A stretch of DNA of 64,000 bases from an uncultured Chloroflexia bacterium (GTDB taxonomy: Bacteria; Chloroflexota; Limnocylindria; Limnocylindrales; CSP1-4). Below the pieces are notes generated by a model that saw nothing but the letters and a program-made list of their open reading frames with translations, made no database searches and was not told where the DNA came from. Shown piece by piece: positions 38,932 through 49,387 of this stretch. Numbering within the stretch: the first letter of the stretch is position 1; every line of letters begins with the position of its first letter. Where the stretch lies: the NCBI GenBank assembly GCA_963748625.1, contig CAVVJT010000007.1, positions 32,001 to 96,000 of the forward strand, in the 5' to 3' direction. Made by a program: the position numbers and the translations under genes.

Positions 38932-40554
38932 TCAGCCTCCGAGCACCAGTACCACCTGGTCGAGGATCGCGCGCAGCGCAGGTGGCGTCCACACGCCCAG
39001 CACGATCACCACGCCGAGCGGCATGGACAGGAGCACGAGGCCCGGCAGGCGATACGCGCGGCCGCCGCGGGGGCCCGCGTCATGCGGGTCCGGGTCATGC
39101 GGGTCCGGGTCATGCGGGTCCCCTGCCGCCCCGGCCGCCTTGGGCGCCGGCGCCGCTCCAGCGGGCTGGCCCTGGTCACCGGCGGGATGGCGCGCACCGG
39201 CATGCTGCCCGCTCGCGCGGGCGGCTGGCGCAACCGCGAGCCGGACGATATGGAACAGCAGGCCCGCAACGGCCAGGGCGAGGATCACGGCCGCCAGCGC
39301 CGCCGCGAGGCCCCATCCGCGGTCGATGCCGCCCAGGAGCACCGCGATCTCCGCAACGAAGATGCCCGATGGCGGCAGACCCGCGAGCAGCAGCGACGCG
39401 ACCACCAGCGCCGAGCCCTCGACCGGAGACCGGGCAACGCTCCCGGTCAGCCGCCCGATGCGCCGGCTCCCCCGGTCCGCGACAAGGCGGCCGGCGGCCA
39501 GGAACGCGGTCGACTTGGCCAGTCCGTGACAGGCGAGGTGCAGCGTGAACCCCAGGAGCGCGAGCTCGCCGCCGAAGCCCAGGGCCAGCGTGGCCAGCCC
39601 GAGATGCTCGATCGACGAGTAGGCGAGCAGCCGCTTGACGTCGCCCTGGGCAACGATGAACGGGAGGGCGACGAGCAGGCTCAGCAGGCCGAAGGCGACG
39701 AGCAGCGTGGACGAGAAGTCCGGCCCCACTGCACCCATCACGACGAGGTGGAACCGTGCGAGCGCGTACAGCGCCACCGCGAGCGAGGCCCCCGACAGGA
39801 TCGCCGAGATGGGGCTCGGGGCCTGGCTGTGCGCATCCGGCAGCCAGGTGTGGAACGGGGCGAGGCCGGCCTTCGTGCCGTACCCGGCCAGCGCGAAGAT
39901 GAACGCCAGGCGCACGAACGCAGGATCCAGCCGGTCCGAGATCCCGATCAGGCGCGTCCACGAGAGGGCGTCGCTCGTCTCCCCCAGCACGCCCACCGAG
40001 GATGCGTACAGGAGCAGCGTGCCCAGCAGCGCGAAGCCGATGCCGATCGAGCCCAGGATCAGGTACTTCCAGGCAGCCTCGATCGCCGTCCGGGTGCGGA
40101 GGTATCCCACGAGCAGGGCCGACACGATCGTCGAGAACTCCACCGCGACCCACACCAGGCCCAGGCTGTCGAGGAGCGGGGTCGCCGCCAGCCCGGCGGC
40201 GAACCATGCCAGGAGCGCGTAGTAGCGCCCCTGGTGGTGTCCGTGGGAGACGCCCGCGTCGGGATCCGCCGGCTCGTGGGCCAGGTGGTCGGGCGACCCC
40301 GCGAGGCCGATCGCGGTGACGACCAGGACCAGGACCAGGAAGTAGGCGCCCAGGGCGTCGACCGCGACGAGGCCGTCGAACGCGCGGACCGGCCCGCCCG
40401 AGAAGACCGTGCCCGCCAACGCAAGGCCGGCGACGATCGCCAGCCCCAGGCCGGCCGTCACGGCACGGGCCGCGGACCGCGGCGGCGCGAACCATGCGAC
40501 CACGCCCGCGAGGGCCGGCACGACCACGGTGGCGAGGACCAGCGCCTCGATCAT
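38932..40554 (-). CDS. HyfF-like proton-translocating antiporter subunit
   Basis: EAAWKY, GYGTKAGLAPFHTWLPDAHSQAPSP, KRLLAYSSIEH; 15-bp x3 repeat encoding PHDPD at about 39079-39122. Confidence 0.88.
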   Translation of the reverse strand: MIEALVLATVVVPALAGVVAWFAPPRSAARAVTAGLGLAIVAGLALAGTVFSGGPVRAFDGLVAVDALGAYFLVLVLVVTAIGLAGSPDHLAHEPADPDAGVSHGHHQGRYYALLAWFAAGLAATPLLDSLGLVWVAVEFSTIVSALLVGYLRTRTAIEAAWKYLILGSIGIGFALLGTLLLYASSVGVLGETSDALSWTRLIGISDRLDPAFVRLAFIFALAGYGTKAGLAPFHTWLPDAHSQAPSPISAILSGASLAVALYALARFHLVVMGAVGPDFSSTLLVAFGLLSLLVALPFIVAQGDVKRLLAYSSIEHLGLATLALGFGGELALLGFTLHLACHGLAKSTAFLAAGRLVADRGSRRIGRLTGSVARSPVEGSALVVASLLLAGLPPSGIFVAEIAVLLGGIDRGWGLAAALAAVILALAVAGLLFHIVRLAVAPAARASGQHAGARHPAGDQGQPAGAAPAPKAAGAAGDPHDPDPHDPDPHDAGPRGGRAYRLPGLVLLSMPLGVVIVLGVWTPPALRAILDQVVLVLGG

Positions 40555-41216
40555 CCGCGGAGGCTCCGCAGGTGGTCGGTCGAGATGGTCCCGTGGTCGT
40601 CGATCATCCGGCGCGTGTAGACCCAGGCGACGACGACTGCGATCAGCACGTCGAACAGCACGCCCAGCTCGACGACAAACGGCATGCCGTAGGTGAGGGA
40701 GAAGGCCGCGAGCGCGATGCCGTTCTCGAACACCAGCAGGCCGACCACCAGCGAGAGCACCTTGCGCCGCGTCATCACCACCAGGAGGCCGGTGAGGACC
40801 TGGGCGATGGCCGCAGGGAGCGCGCGCGTCACCGACAGGCTGGTCCCGGGCGCGAGTCCGTCGGCGGCGATGCTCGCGGTGAACACGATGGCGACTGCCG
40901 CCGCAAGCGACAGGCGGGGTCCGAGCAGCGGATGCCGCTCGGTCCGGACGAGCGACCGGCGCAGGCTGGCGCCCAGGACGAGCGGGACGACGACACCCTT
41001 CACGCCCGCTGCGAGGAGCCCGCCCACGACGAGGTGCCAGGACCCGGTCGCCACGCCCACCACCACGGCGGACAGGCCGACCAGGACCGACTGCACCGCC
41101 ACCATCCAGATCGCGCGGCCGATGGACCGCGTCACGGCGATGAGGACGCCCAGGATCACGATGGCCGCCGCGAACGAATCGACCAGCTCCGCGGCTGCGG
41201 CCGCATCCAGGCTCAT
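40551..41216 (-). CDS. HyfE-like membrane subunit
   Basis: Multi-TM; GLLVFENGI, PFVVELGVLFDV, LRSLRG. Confidence 0.85.
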   Translation of the reverse strand: MSLDAAAAAELVDSFAAAIVILGVLIAVTRSIGRAIWMVAVQSVLVGLSAVVVGVATGSWHLVVGGLLAAGVKGVVVPLVLGASLRRSLVRTERHPLLGPRLSLAAAVAIVFTASIAADGLAPGTSLSVTRALPAAIAQVLTGLLVVMTRRKVLSLVVGLLVFENGIALAAFSLTYGMPFVVELGVLFDVLIAVVVAWVYTRRMIDDHGTISTDHLRSLRG

Positions 41217-42169
41217 GCCGGCAGCCAGATGCGTGCCGCGAGCCCGATGGCCGCGAGCAGGGTCGCCGTCCCGAGCAGCGCGGGAAGCACGAGGATGCGC
41301 AGCTTGGCGAGTGTCGCGTCCAGCACGCCGAGCGCGGCTGCGGCGAGCGCCAGCTTCAGGAGCAGCGACAGGGTGGCCACGAGAAGCGCCGCAGGATCCG
41401 CGGAGGTCGTGGTGCCGGCAGGGACGAAGGCCGCGGCGAAGAGGCCGACGACCAGCACGAGCTTGAGCTCCGAGGCGTAGACCAGCATGGCGAGACGGGG
41501 CCCGGTCGCCTCGAGGAGCATCCCCTCGTGGATCATCGTCAACTCGAGGTGCGTGTCCGGGTTGTCGAACGGCTCATGTCCGGTCTCCGCAACGGCAACG
41601 ATAGTGAACGCTGCCGCCCCCAGCAGGAGGGCGGGCGTGAACCATGCCCGCCCGGCCGCAGCACCGGCGGCAACGATGCTCCCGAGATCCGTGGATCCGG
41701 CCGCGAGGACGGCGCCCGCGAGCGCCAGCAGGAGGGCGGGTTCCACGAGGGCGGCAATCGCCACCTCGCGGCTGCTGCCCATGCCCCCGAACGCGCTGCC
41801 CGCATCGAGCGCGGCGAGCGCCAGCACGAAGCGTCCGAGCGCCAGCAGCCCGATCACCACGATCACGTCGCCCCATCCCGGCAACGGCGACTGCTGGCCG
41901 ACCATCGGGACCAGCATCGTGGCCACCAGCACGGACGCCAGGACCAGCGGCGGCGCGAGGCGTGTCAGCGGGCCGGCGGCCTCGCTCTCGACGACCTCCT
42001 TGCTCCACCACTTGGCGAGGTCACGGTAGCCCTGGAGCAGCGGGGCGCCGCGACGGTACTGCAGGCGGGCCTTGACCTTGCGCGTGATCCCCAGGAGCAG
42101 CGGGGCGACGGCGAGCACGACGACGACCTGGATGAGCGCCGGGGCCAGGACGTCGATTGCTGCGGTCAT
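41213..42169 (-). CDS. HycD/HyfC (NuoH-like) membrane subunit
   Basis: KARLQYRRGAPLLQGYRDLAK, SAFGGMGSSRE, PFDNPDTHLELTMIHEGMLLE. Confidence 0.9.
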   Translation of the reverse strand: MTAAIDVLAPALIQVVVVLAVAPLLLGITRKVKARLQYRRGAPLLQGYRDLAKWWSKEVVESEAAGPLTRLAPPLVLASVLVATMLVPMVGQQSPLPGWGDVIVVIGLLALGRFVLALAALDAGSAFGGMGSSREVAIAALVEPALLLALAGAVLAAGSTDLGSIVAAGAAAGRAWFTPALLLGAAAFTIVAVAETGHEPFDNPDTHLELTMIHEGMLLEATGPRLAMLVYASELKLVLVVGLFAAAFVPAGTTTSADPAALLVATLSLLLKLALAAAALGVLDATLAKLRILVLPALLGTATLLAAIGLAARIWLPA

Positions 42170-42174
42170 GTCGC

Positions 42175-44220
42175 TCACCGGACAAGGACCAGCAGAATCA
42201 CCACCGTGGCCACCGTGTACGCGAGGTAGAGCTGCAGGCTGCCGGACTGCAGCCGGCGGGCCAGCTGGGCACCCCGGACGGCCCAGCGGTGGATGGGTCC
42301 ATAGACTCGCTCGTCGAGGAGCTGGCGGGAGCTGCTCCGGTAGCGCACCGTGCGGGGGAACGGGGTGCCCGGATGCAGTTCGACGGTCAGCTCCCGGGCG
42401 GGCCGCAGGATGTCCCCGAAGTAGAGCCGGACGAGCTTCGCGAAGCTCGCGGATGTGTACTCGAAGGCGGGCTCCGGCAGCACCCCGCAGGTCCAGGTGG
42501 GAGCCCGCCGGACGCGGCGCCCGCGGATGCCGGCCAGCCAGGCGAGCAGGAACACGAGGACGAGCAAGAGGAACAGCGGGGCGGCCGCGTAGCCCGGCGA
42601 TCCGGCCAGCCCCTGGACGCTCCCGGCTGCCGGGGACCCGAGGGTCGCGCTGCCCGGGCCCAGCACGCCAACGGCGACGCTGCCCGCACGGGCGGCAAGC
42701 GGGCCGGCGGCCACCCCGGCCAGCACGCAGGCGGCGGCCAGCGTCCCCATCGCAAGGCGCATGGAGCGGCCCACCTCCGCAGCCCCCGCAGCACCGGCGC
42801 TCCGCGGCAGTGCGAGGAACCCCACGCCCGTCGCCTTCACGAAGGTGGCCACCGCAAGCGCGGCCGTCAGCCCGAGCCCGGCGACAGCGACGAGCATGAC
42901 CGAGCGGACCACAGGCGGCAGCGCAGCGTCGCCGGCCGCTCCAAGCAGCGCCTGGAAGGTGAGCCACTCACCTGTGAACCCATTCAGCGGTGGCAGGCCG
43001 CTGATTGCCGCGGCGCCTGTCACGAACACCACGGCGGTGACCGGCATGACCCGGGCCAGTCCGCCGAGGCGGTTCAGGTCGCGGGTGCCGGCCGCCTCCT
43101 GCACCGAGCCCGCCGCAAGGAACAGCGCGGACTTGAACAGCGCGTGGTTGAAGGCGTGGACGAGGACCGCGGCCATGGCCACGGTGGCGATCGTGCCCAC
43201 ACCGTGGGCCGCAGCGACCAGTGCCACGCCCAGCCCGATCAGGATGATCCCGACGTTCTCGATCGTGCTGAACGCGAGAAGGCGCTTGAGATCGTCCTCC
43301 ATCATCGCGTACAGGACGCCCAGCACGGCCGACACGAGGCCGATCCCCAGCACCGTCATCCCCCACCAGTCCGGACCAGGGCCGAGGATCTCCACGCCGA
43401 AGCGGATGAGGCCGTAGATGCCGGCCTTGACCATCACACCCGACATCACGGCCGAGACGTGGGACGGCGCGACCGGGTGAGCGCGCGGCAGCCAGACGTG
43501 GAACGGGATCGCGCCGGCCTTCGTGCCAAAGGCGACAAGCAGGAGCAGGAACACGATGTCGCGGACGGGTCCAGGCAGGGATGCGGCGGCGGCGGCGAAC
43601 CCCTCGAGATCCGTGGAGCCGGACGTGGCCGCGAACACGCCGAAGGCCACGACCAGCGCGGCGGCGGCGAGGTGGGTCAGCGCGAGGTAGACGTACCCGG
43701 CGCGGGCGGTGGCAGGCGTCGGTCGGGATCCGATGACGAGGATGGCCGAGCTGACGGCCATGAGCTCCCAGGCCAGCAGGAACGCGAACGCGTCACCGCT
43801 GCCGAACACGAGCGCGAGACTGCCGATGAAGACCGGCGCTGCGGCGGCTGCACGATCCCGCGTGCCGCCCGGGTGGCCGCCGTGGGCTCCATACCCGATG
43901 CCGAACACGGCGCTTGCGGCGCCCACGATCCCGAGGATCACCAGGAACACCGCGGCGAGGCCGTCGACGCGGAGGTCGACCAGCGGGAAGCCGAGGACGT
44001 CTCCCCAGGTCGCCTCGAGCGGCACCCCGCTCGCGAGCACCCAGGCCCCGAGCGCCAGGATGCCGAGCGCCGCGACGGCGGTGAGGCCCGATGCCAGGCC
44101 GCGGGGGTTCAGCCGCGATGCCGGGGCCAGGGCCGCGAGGGTGGCGAGCACCAGCAGGATGCCCACCAGCGGCAGCAGGCCATCGGCGACGAGGGCATCG
44201 GGAGACAGCGCTCCGGCCAA
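42175..44220 (-). CDS. HyfB/HycC-like proton-translocating antiporter subunit
   Basis: AGGAGG RBS with TTG start. FLLAWELMA, KAGAIPFHVWLPRAHPVAPSHVSA, KRLLAFSTIEN, NHALFKSALFL, WTCG, LQSGSLQLY. Confidence 0.9.
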   Translation of the reverse strand: MAGALSPDALVADGLLPLVGILLVLATLAALAPASRLNPRGLASGLTAVAALGILALGAWVLASGVPLEATWGDVLGFPLVDLRVDGLAAVFLVILGIVGAASAVFGIGYGAHGGHPGGTRDRAAAAAPVFIGSLALVFGSGDAFAFLLAWELMAVSSAILVIGSRPTPATARAGYVYLALTHLAAAALVVAFGVFAATSGSTDLEGFAAAAASLPGPVRDIVFLLLLVAFGTKAGAIPFHVWLPRAHPVAPSHVSAVMSGVMVKAGIYGLIRFGVEILGPGPDWWGMTVLGIGLVSAVLGVLYAMMEDDLKRLLAFSTIENVGIILIGLGVALVAAAHGVGTIATVAMAAVLVHAFNHALFKSALFLAAGSVQEAAGTRDLNRLGGLARVMPVTAVVFVTGAAAISGLPPLNGFTGEWLTFQALLGAAGDAALPPVVRSVMLVAVAGLGLTAALAVATFVKATGVGFLALPRSAGAAGAAEVGRSMRLAMGTLAAACVLAGVAAGPLAARAGSVAVGVLGPGSATLGSPAAGSVQGLAGSPGYAAAPLFLLLVLVFLLAWLAGIRGRRVRRAPTWTCGVLPEPAFEYTSASFAKLVRLYFGDILRPARELTVELHPGTPFPRTVRYRSSSRQLLDERVYGPIHRWAVRGAQLARRLQSGSLQLYLAYTVATVVILLVLVR

Positions 44221-44300
44221 CTCGGGCGACCTCCTCTCGGCACTGCGGGATCACGGCAACCGCCACGGCGTCGCCCGGCGGGAGCGGCCATGATAGCGTA

Positions 44301-44328
44301 ACTTCGTTATCTCGTAGTATTGCGAAGT
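44301..44328. promoter_or_regulatory. AT-rich imperfect inverted repeat, candidate ArsR operator between divergent genes
   Basis: acttcgttat-N8-attgcgaagt, 8 of 10 positions complementary, within the divergent promoter region. Confidence 0.55.
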
Positions 44329-44369
44329 ACCTGCAGAAGCACGTCGCGCACCGAGGGTCCTCGCACGCC

Positions 44370-44753
44370 ATGTCACCCGGCACGCAACGACCAGACGAGG
44401 CCGAGCGACTCCGCCAGTTCAAGGCGGAGTTCTTCAAGGCGCTGGCCAATCCCCTGCGGATCCGGATCCTCGAGCTCCTGCGCGGCGGGCCTCTGAGCGT
44501 CACCCAGATCGGGGATGGCACGGGAGCCCCTGCCTCCAGCGTGTCGCAGCAGCTTGGCGTCCTGCGCGCCAGGAACATCGTGGTCACAGAACGGCGGGGG
44601 ACCACGATCATCTACGAGGTCGCCGATCCGGAGCTGTTCGAACTGCTGGATGTGGCCCGGCGCATCTTCAACGTCCACCTGAACGAGACGATCGACATGC
44701 TCCGCCTGGTCGAGGGTGACGCCCCGGAACCCGCAGTGCGGCCGGATCACTGA
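44370..44753 (+). CDS. ArsR/SmtB family transcriptional regulator
   Basis: FKAEFFKALANPLRIRILELL, SSVSQQLGVLR, ERRGTTIIY; divergent from the Hyf/Ehr operon. Confidence 0.9.
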   Translation: MSPGTQRPDEAERLRQFKAEFFKALANPLRIRILELLRGGPLSVTQIGDGTGAPASSVSQQLGVLRARNIVVTERRGTTIIYEVADPELFELLDVARRIFNVHLNETIDMLRLVEGDAPEPAVRPDH

Positions 44754-44866
44754 CCCCACCTGCCACCGCCAATCCTGCCGCCTGACCCGATCCAATGCGC
44801 CGAACGGGCTACACGAGCCGGGGCCGGGAGGGCATGATGACCCCCACACGGAGGTAGGGTCCACAG

Positions 44867-45304
44867 ATGTTCGGCATCGGCACGAAGCGCGACTGGCTCG
44901 CGATGGTGATCGTCCTGTTCGCGGTCCCGCTGTCCGTGTTCGGCGGCACCAACATCGCGTGCGTCGGCCAGGGCCTGTCGCAGGACTGCTCGTACCTTGC
45001 CGTATTCATCTCGCCGATGCTGCTGGTGGTCACGGGCGTGATCGCCGGGATCATCACGAGCGGCTGGACCGGCCTGTTCGTCGTGGGCGCGGGCCAGATC
45101 ATGGGCCAGGTGGTCATCGTGGCGCTGGCCTACGCGGCAGGCCGGCCAGTGCCGATCGACTGGTTCTCCGGGATCGTGGCCACCGTCTGGTTCGGCGCCC
45201 CGATCGCCATCGGCTACGGCCTCGCCCGGGGCGCGATGTTCATCGTTGCGCGTCGCAAGGCCGCTGCCGGAGCCGGCGATTCGAAGGACGCGCCGCAGGC
45301 CTGA
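44867..45304 (+). CDS. Hypothetical multi-TM membrane protein
   Basis: GGAGG RBS; about four hydrophobic helices; Cys pair in a loop. Confidence 0.7.
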   Translation: MFGIGTKRDWLAMVIVLFAVPLSVFGGTNIACVGQGLSQDCSYLAVFISPMLLVVTGVIAGIITSGWTGLFVVGAGQIMGQVVIVALAYAAGRPVPIDWFSGIVATVWFGAPIAIGYGLARGAMFIVARRKAAAGAGDSKDAPQA

Positions 45305-45612
45305 TCTCGCCCGCCCGGCCGGCGCCGGGGGTCCGGGGGTCCGGGGGTCCGGGTTCCGATGCCCGCTTCCATCCACGGACAGGGACGGATTCGCACTTCT
45401 ATCCGCTCCAGGATGAAGCTCGGGCGGCGCGTGCAGAGGTCAGCCCGCGAAGTCGGGGTTCAGCCCCCGACCTCCGCACGCCGCGGGCGGATCTCATTCC
45501 CACGGGGGTTGTTGACCGAATCCATCCGCGCAGGAATAGATGCCGGGTCGGGCGATCGGCCAGCGCCAAGGAGCGGCGCAGAGACGCGCGGCAGGGCAGG
45601 GTCGCCGTGACC

Positions 45613-45888
45613 TCAGGCCGGCAGGGCGATCCCCGGCATCGGCACGTGCCAGCCGATCAGCTCGCAACCCAGGACGTGGGGTGCCCGCTGTCCGGGCGTG
45701 CAGTCCGCGCAGCCCCACGGGGTGAGACCGCCGTCGTCGGAAAGGTAGACGATGTCGCAGGCCGACTCCGACGGGTCGCAGTCCGCTGCGTGGCACACGC
45801 AGTTGCAGTGGATCCAGTGCTGGCAGGTGCAGGCGGCATCGGGCGCGGGCTCGCGGAGCACCGAGGCAGGGGCCGGGACCAGGTGCAT
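45613..45888 (-). CDS. Small Cys/His-rich protein (91 aa)
   Basis: GGAGG RBS 7 nt before ATG. CTCQHWIHCNCVCH..DC..AC..GCADC..H.LGC; 10 Cys. Confidence 0.6.
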   Translation of the reverse strand: MHLVPAPASVLREPAPDAACTCQHWIHCNCVCHAADCDPSESACDIVYLSDDGGLTPWGCADCTPGQRAPHVLGCELIGWHVPMPGIALPA

Positions 45889-46096
45889 GGGGACGCCTCC
45901 AGATCGACCACCACGCCCAGCTGACCGCGGCGGACCCGGTGATGCGGATTGTGCGCCCATGCGTCAACCCGCCGCGCCCGCCCGCAACCCACCGCGCCCG
46001 CCCGCAACCCCTCGCGCACACGCGCACCGTGACGCCGCGACCGGGTCCGGCTACCATCCGCACGCTGGCGCCCGCCGGCTGCACGGAGGACCGTCC

Positions 46097-46720
46097 ATGC
46101 TCCGACCGCTGACCGCCCTGGCCGCCCTCCTCGCGCTGGTCATGGTCCTGGGCGCGTGTTCGTCCAAGCCGGTTTCCCAGGCGTCCGAGCAGACGGCCCC
46201 GCCCGTCGCGACCGACGCTCCGGCGGCCGCTACGGCCGAACCCACCACCCTGCCAGCGACGCCTGAGCCGGAGCCCACTGCGGCCACCCCGACCGCCGAG
46301 CCCACACCCAAGCCCCCGCCCGGTATCCCGCCCAAGCCCGGCAACCCGACTTGGACCCTGCTCAAGCAGACGCCAGTCAAGTCCACCGGCCGCATCCTGG
46401 AGACGTACCGGGCAACCTGGACGGCCCCGGATGGCGTCGCCGACCAGTTCCTGCTCTACGGCGTGGAGGGATGCCTCCGCGAGTCCAAGAAGAACAACGG
46501 CAAGCCGTGTGTCGTGAAGGGCATGCCCATCCCCAAGGAGCGCCTGGTCAAGCTGGGGACCGCCCCGGGTGACGCGCGGGAGATGCAGATCTCCTACGAG
46601 GTCGGCGAGGCCGGGCCGGGCCCGTACGGGGCATTCCTGGTCCGCGCGGTGAATGGCGCCGGCAAGAGCATCTTCACGATCGTCCACAGCGACGACGTCT
46701 GCTGGCGCTGCACCTACTGA
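46097..46720 (+). CDS. Lipoprotein with Pro/Thr-rich linker and beta-rich (Fn3-like) C-terminal domain
   Basis: GGAGG RBS; lipobox LGAC; PT-rich linker; FLVRAVNGAGKS; four Cys in the mature domain. Confidence 0.7.
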   Translation: MLRPLTALAALLALVMVLGACSSKPVSQASEQTAPPVATDAPAAATAEPTTLPATPEPEPTAATPTAEPTPKPPPGIPPKPGNPTWTLLKQTPVKSTGRILETYRATWTAPDGVADQFLLYGVEGCLRESKKNNGKPCVVKGMPIPKERLVKLGTAPGDAREMQISYEVGEAGPGPYGAFLVRAVNGAGKSIFTIVHSDDVCWRCTY

Positions 46721-46838
46721 CCGGGCCGCGCCGCGGAACGGGGGCCGGGCCGCGGAACGGCATCCACCGGGCCAGCGCGAGCGACGTATGCTGCCCGTGC
46801 GGCCGGCGCTGCCCGCACGGCCCGAACAGGAGGCTCCC

Positions 46839-47702
46839 TTGGGTCACGTCGCCGTCGTCACCGATTCCACCGCCGACCTGACGCCCGAGCAGGCAGCTGC
46901 CGCCGGCATCCACGTCGTCCCGCTCTACGTGCGCTTCGGCGACCAGGAATTCAAGGCGCTCGTGGACCTCACCACCGAGCAGTTCTGGGACCGCCTGCTC
47001 GCCCCCGGTGCGCCCATCCCCTCCACCTCGGCCCCGTCGCCCGGCGACTTCAAGACCACGTTCGAGCAGCTCTTCGCCGACGGCGCCGACGCCATCGTCT
47101 GCCCCACCCTGGGCACCAAGCTCTCGGCCACGTTCCAGAGCGCCACCCTGGCGGCGCAGGCCCTCCCCGACCGCGAGATCCACATCATCGACACCCGCTC
47201 CACCTCGATGTCCACCGGGATCCCGGCCCTGATGGCGGCGGAGCTCGCGGCGGCAGGCCACACGGCCGCCGAGATCGCGCAGGCCGTGACCGACCGCCTG
47301 TCCGACGTCGACCTGTTCGTGACGGTCGACACGCTCGACTACCTGCGCAAGGGCGGCCGGCTGTCCGGCGCGCAGGCCATGATCGGCACGATGCTCTCGG
47401 TCAAGCCGATCATCACCGTCGTCGACGGCCTGGTCACCGTGGCCGAGAAGCCGCGCACACGCGTCAAGGCGCGGGCGCGCACGGTGGAGCTGGTCACGGC
47501 CGCACCGCTCGAGCGGATCTCCATCCTGCACACCCCCACCAGCTCCGCCGACGAGGTGAAGGCCTTCCGCGAGGCCCTGCTGGCGGCAGCACCAGGCGTG
47601 GATCCGGCAAAGGTCACGACGGGCCTGATCGGGGCTTCCACCGGCCCGCACCTGGGGCCGGACCTGATGGGCGCGTCGTTCATGCGGGCTCGCCCCGCCT
47701 GA
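46839..47702 (+). CDS. DegV family fatty-acid-binding protein
   Basis: AGGAGG RBS with TTG start. VVTDSTADL, STSAPS, LSATFQSA, TLDYLRKGGRL, HLGP. Confidence 0.92.
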   Translation: MGHVAVVTDSTADLTPEQAAAAGIHVVPLYVRFGDQEFKALVDLTTEQFWDRLLAPGAPIPSTSAPSPGDFKTTFEQLFADGADAIVCPTLGTKLSATFQSATLAAQALPDREIHIIDTRSTSMSTGIPALMAAELAAAGHTAAEIAQAVTDRLSDVDLFVTVDTLDYLRKGGRLSGAQAMIGTMLSVKPIITVVDGLVTVAEKPRTRVKARARTVELVTAAPLERISILHTPTSSADEVKAFREALLAAAPGVDPAKVTTGLIGASTGPHLGPDLMGASFMRARPA

Positions 47703-47771
47703 CCGCGCCGATGACGGGGAGGGTCTCCGCAACCGTCGGCGGCCACCCCCGATCCCGGCTACCTTGACGCC

Positions 47772-49335
47772 GTGAGAACGCGCAGGCGGGCGTGGACGGA
47801 GGTCCGCCAGCCGCCCACATCGACTCCTCGGCCGGTACGGCGCTCCTGCGGCCGTGTTCGGCGTGGCCATGATCGTCTTCCTGCGCACCCTGCTGCCCGG
47901 CCAGGCCTTCGACGACTGGGGGGAGATGCAGGTCGTCCCCCATGTCCTCGGCATCCCCCACCCCACCGGCTACCCCACGTACGTGCTCGTCGCCTGGCTG
48001 TTCGAGCTGATCCCGATCGGGTCGATCGCCTTCCGCGCGAACCTCCTGTCGGCCGTCTGCATCGCCGTGGCGCTGGCCGCACTCACCTCGGCGCAACAGC
48101 GGCTGGGCGTGCGGCCGGTGGTCGCCGCGGGGGCGGCGCTCGCGGCCGGCTTCACGGGCTCCATCTGGTCATCGGCGACCGTCGCCGAGGTCAACGCGCT
48201 CCACCTCGCGTTCATCGCCCTGATCTTCGACCGGGCGCTGGCCTGGGCGGACGGCAACCGCTTCCGCGATCTCGCCCTGGGCGGCCTCCTGATCGGGCTG
48301 TCGATGGGCAACCACGTCCTGACCGCGTTCACCGCGCCCTTCGTGATCCTCTTCGTCCTGTGGACGGGACGCCAGGCGCTCGCCGAGCACAAGGCGTGGA
48401 TCCTGGCGCCGGTGGCGACGATGGCCTTGGGCGGCCTCGTCTACCTCTACCTGCCCATCGCCGCGTCGCTCAATCCGCCGCTCCCGTACAACTCGCCCAC
48501 GGACTTCGAGGGCTTCAAGTTCCTCGTCCTCGGCGAGCAGTTCAGCGGCCAGTACCGCGGCCTGATCACGCCAGAGGGTCCAGGCACGTTCATCGGGTCG
48601 CTGCCGGACCTTGGCAAGCTCATGGGCGAGCGGGCCACCCTGCTCTTCCCGCTCGTCGCACTGCTGGGCGTGGTGCCCGCCATCCGGCGCAACCTGCCCT
48701 TCGCGGCGGTCCTGATCGCGACGATCCTGACCGGGGCGTATGTCTGGGCCAACTACCTGCGCCTGGAGCACTACCTGCTGGTGCCGTGGCTCGCGATGGG
48801 CATCCTCGTGGGGCTCGCGATCGACGAGCTGGGCGATCTCGTGGCGGGCTGGCTGACCGAGGGCCTGCGGCCGATCCCGGGCGCGGCGGTCGCCCTGCTC
48901 GCGCTGGGCCTGGCCGGGATGCTGGTCGCGGTCAACCTGCCCAAGCAGGACATGAGCGGCGACCGGTCCGCGGAGCAGTACGTGGACGACCTGTTCGCCC
49001 TGCTCCCGGAGAACGCCGCGGTGCTCACGTTCTGGGGGGCCTCACCGCCGCTGTGGTACGCGACCCTCGTGGATGGCCGCCGCACCGACGTGCTGGTGGT
49101 GGACGACACCAACATCGTCTACGAGGGCTGGCAGACGCGAGAGGCGCGAATCAAGGACCTGATCTGCGAGCGGCCGGTGTACCTCGTCCGCGGCAGCGGC
49201 AGGGACGTGGAACTGACCCGCCAGGCCGGGTACGAGGTCACCGAGGTGGGCAGCGTGCGGTCCGGCGGTGGCGGTCCAGTCGCCGGTTACACGCTGGCGG
49301 TCCACCGCGTGGAGCGCCCCGCGACCTGCCCGTAG
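47772..49335 (+). CDS. DUF2723/TMEM260-like GT-C membrane glycosyltransferase (5' end uncertain)
   Basis: DDWGEMQ, GIPHPTGYPTY, WSSATVAEVN, YLYLPI; multi-TM. The in-frame ORF starts at 47854; an upstream frameshift is possible. Confidence 0.75.
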
Positions 49336-49387
49336 CAGCTCAGGGCCAGACGACGTTCCAGCGGAAGCCCGCGATGATCCCCCAGGC

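Noticed and set aside
36521-44220. Operon as respiratory complex I (nuo)
   Set aside because: It lacks NuoA, E, F, G and J; gene order and motifs match Hyf/Hyc/Ehr complexes.
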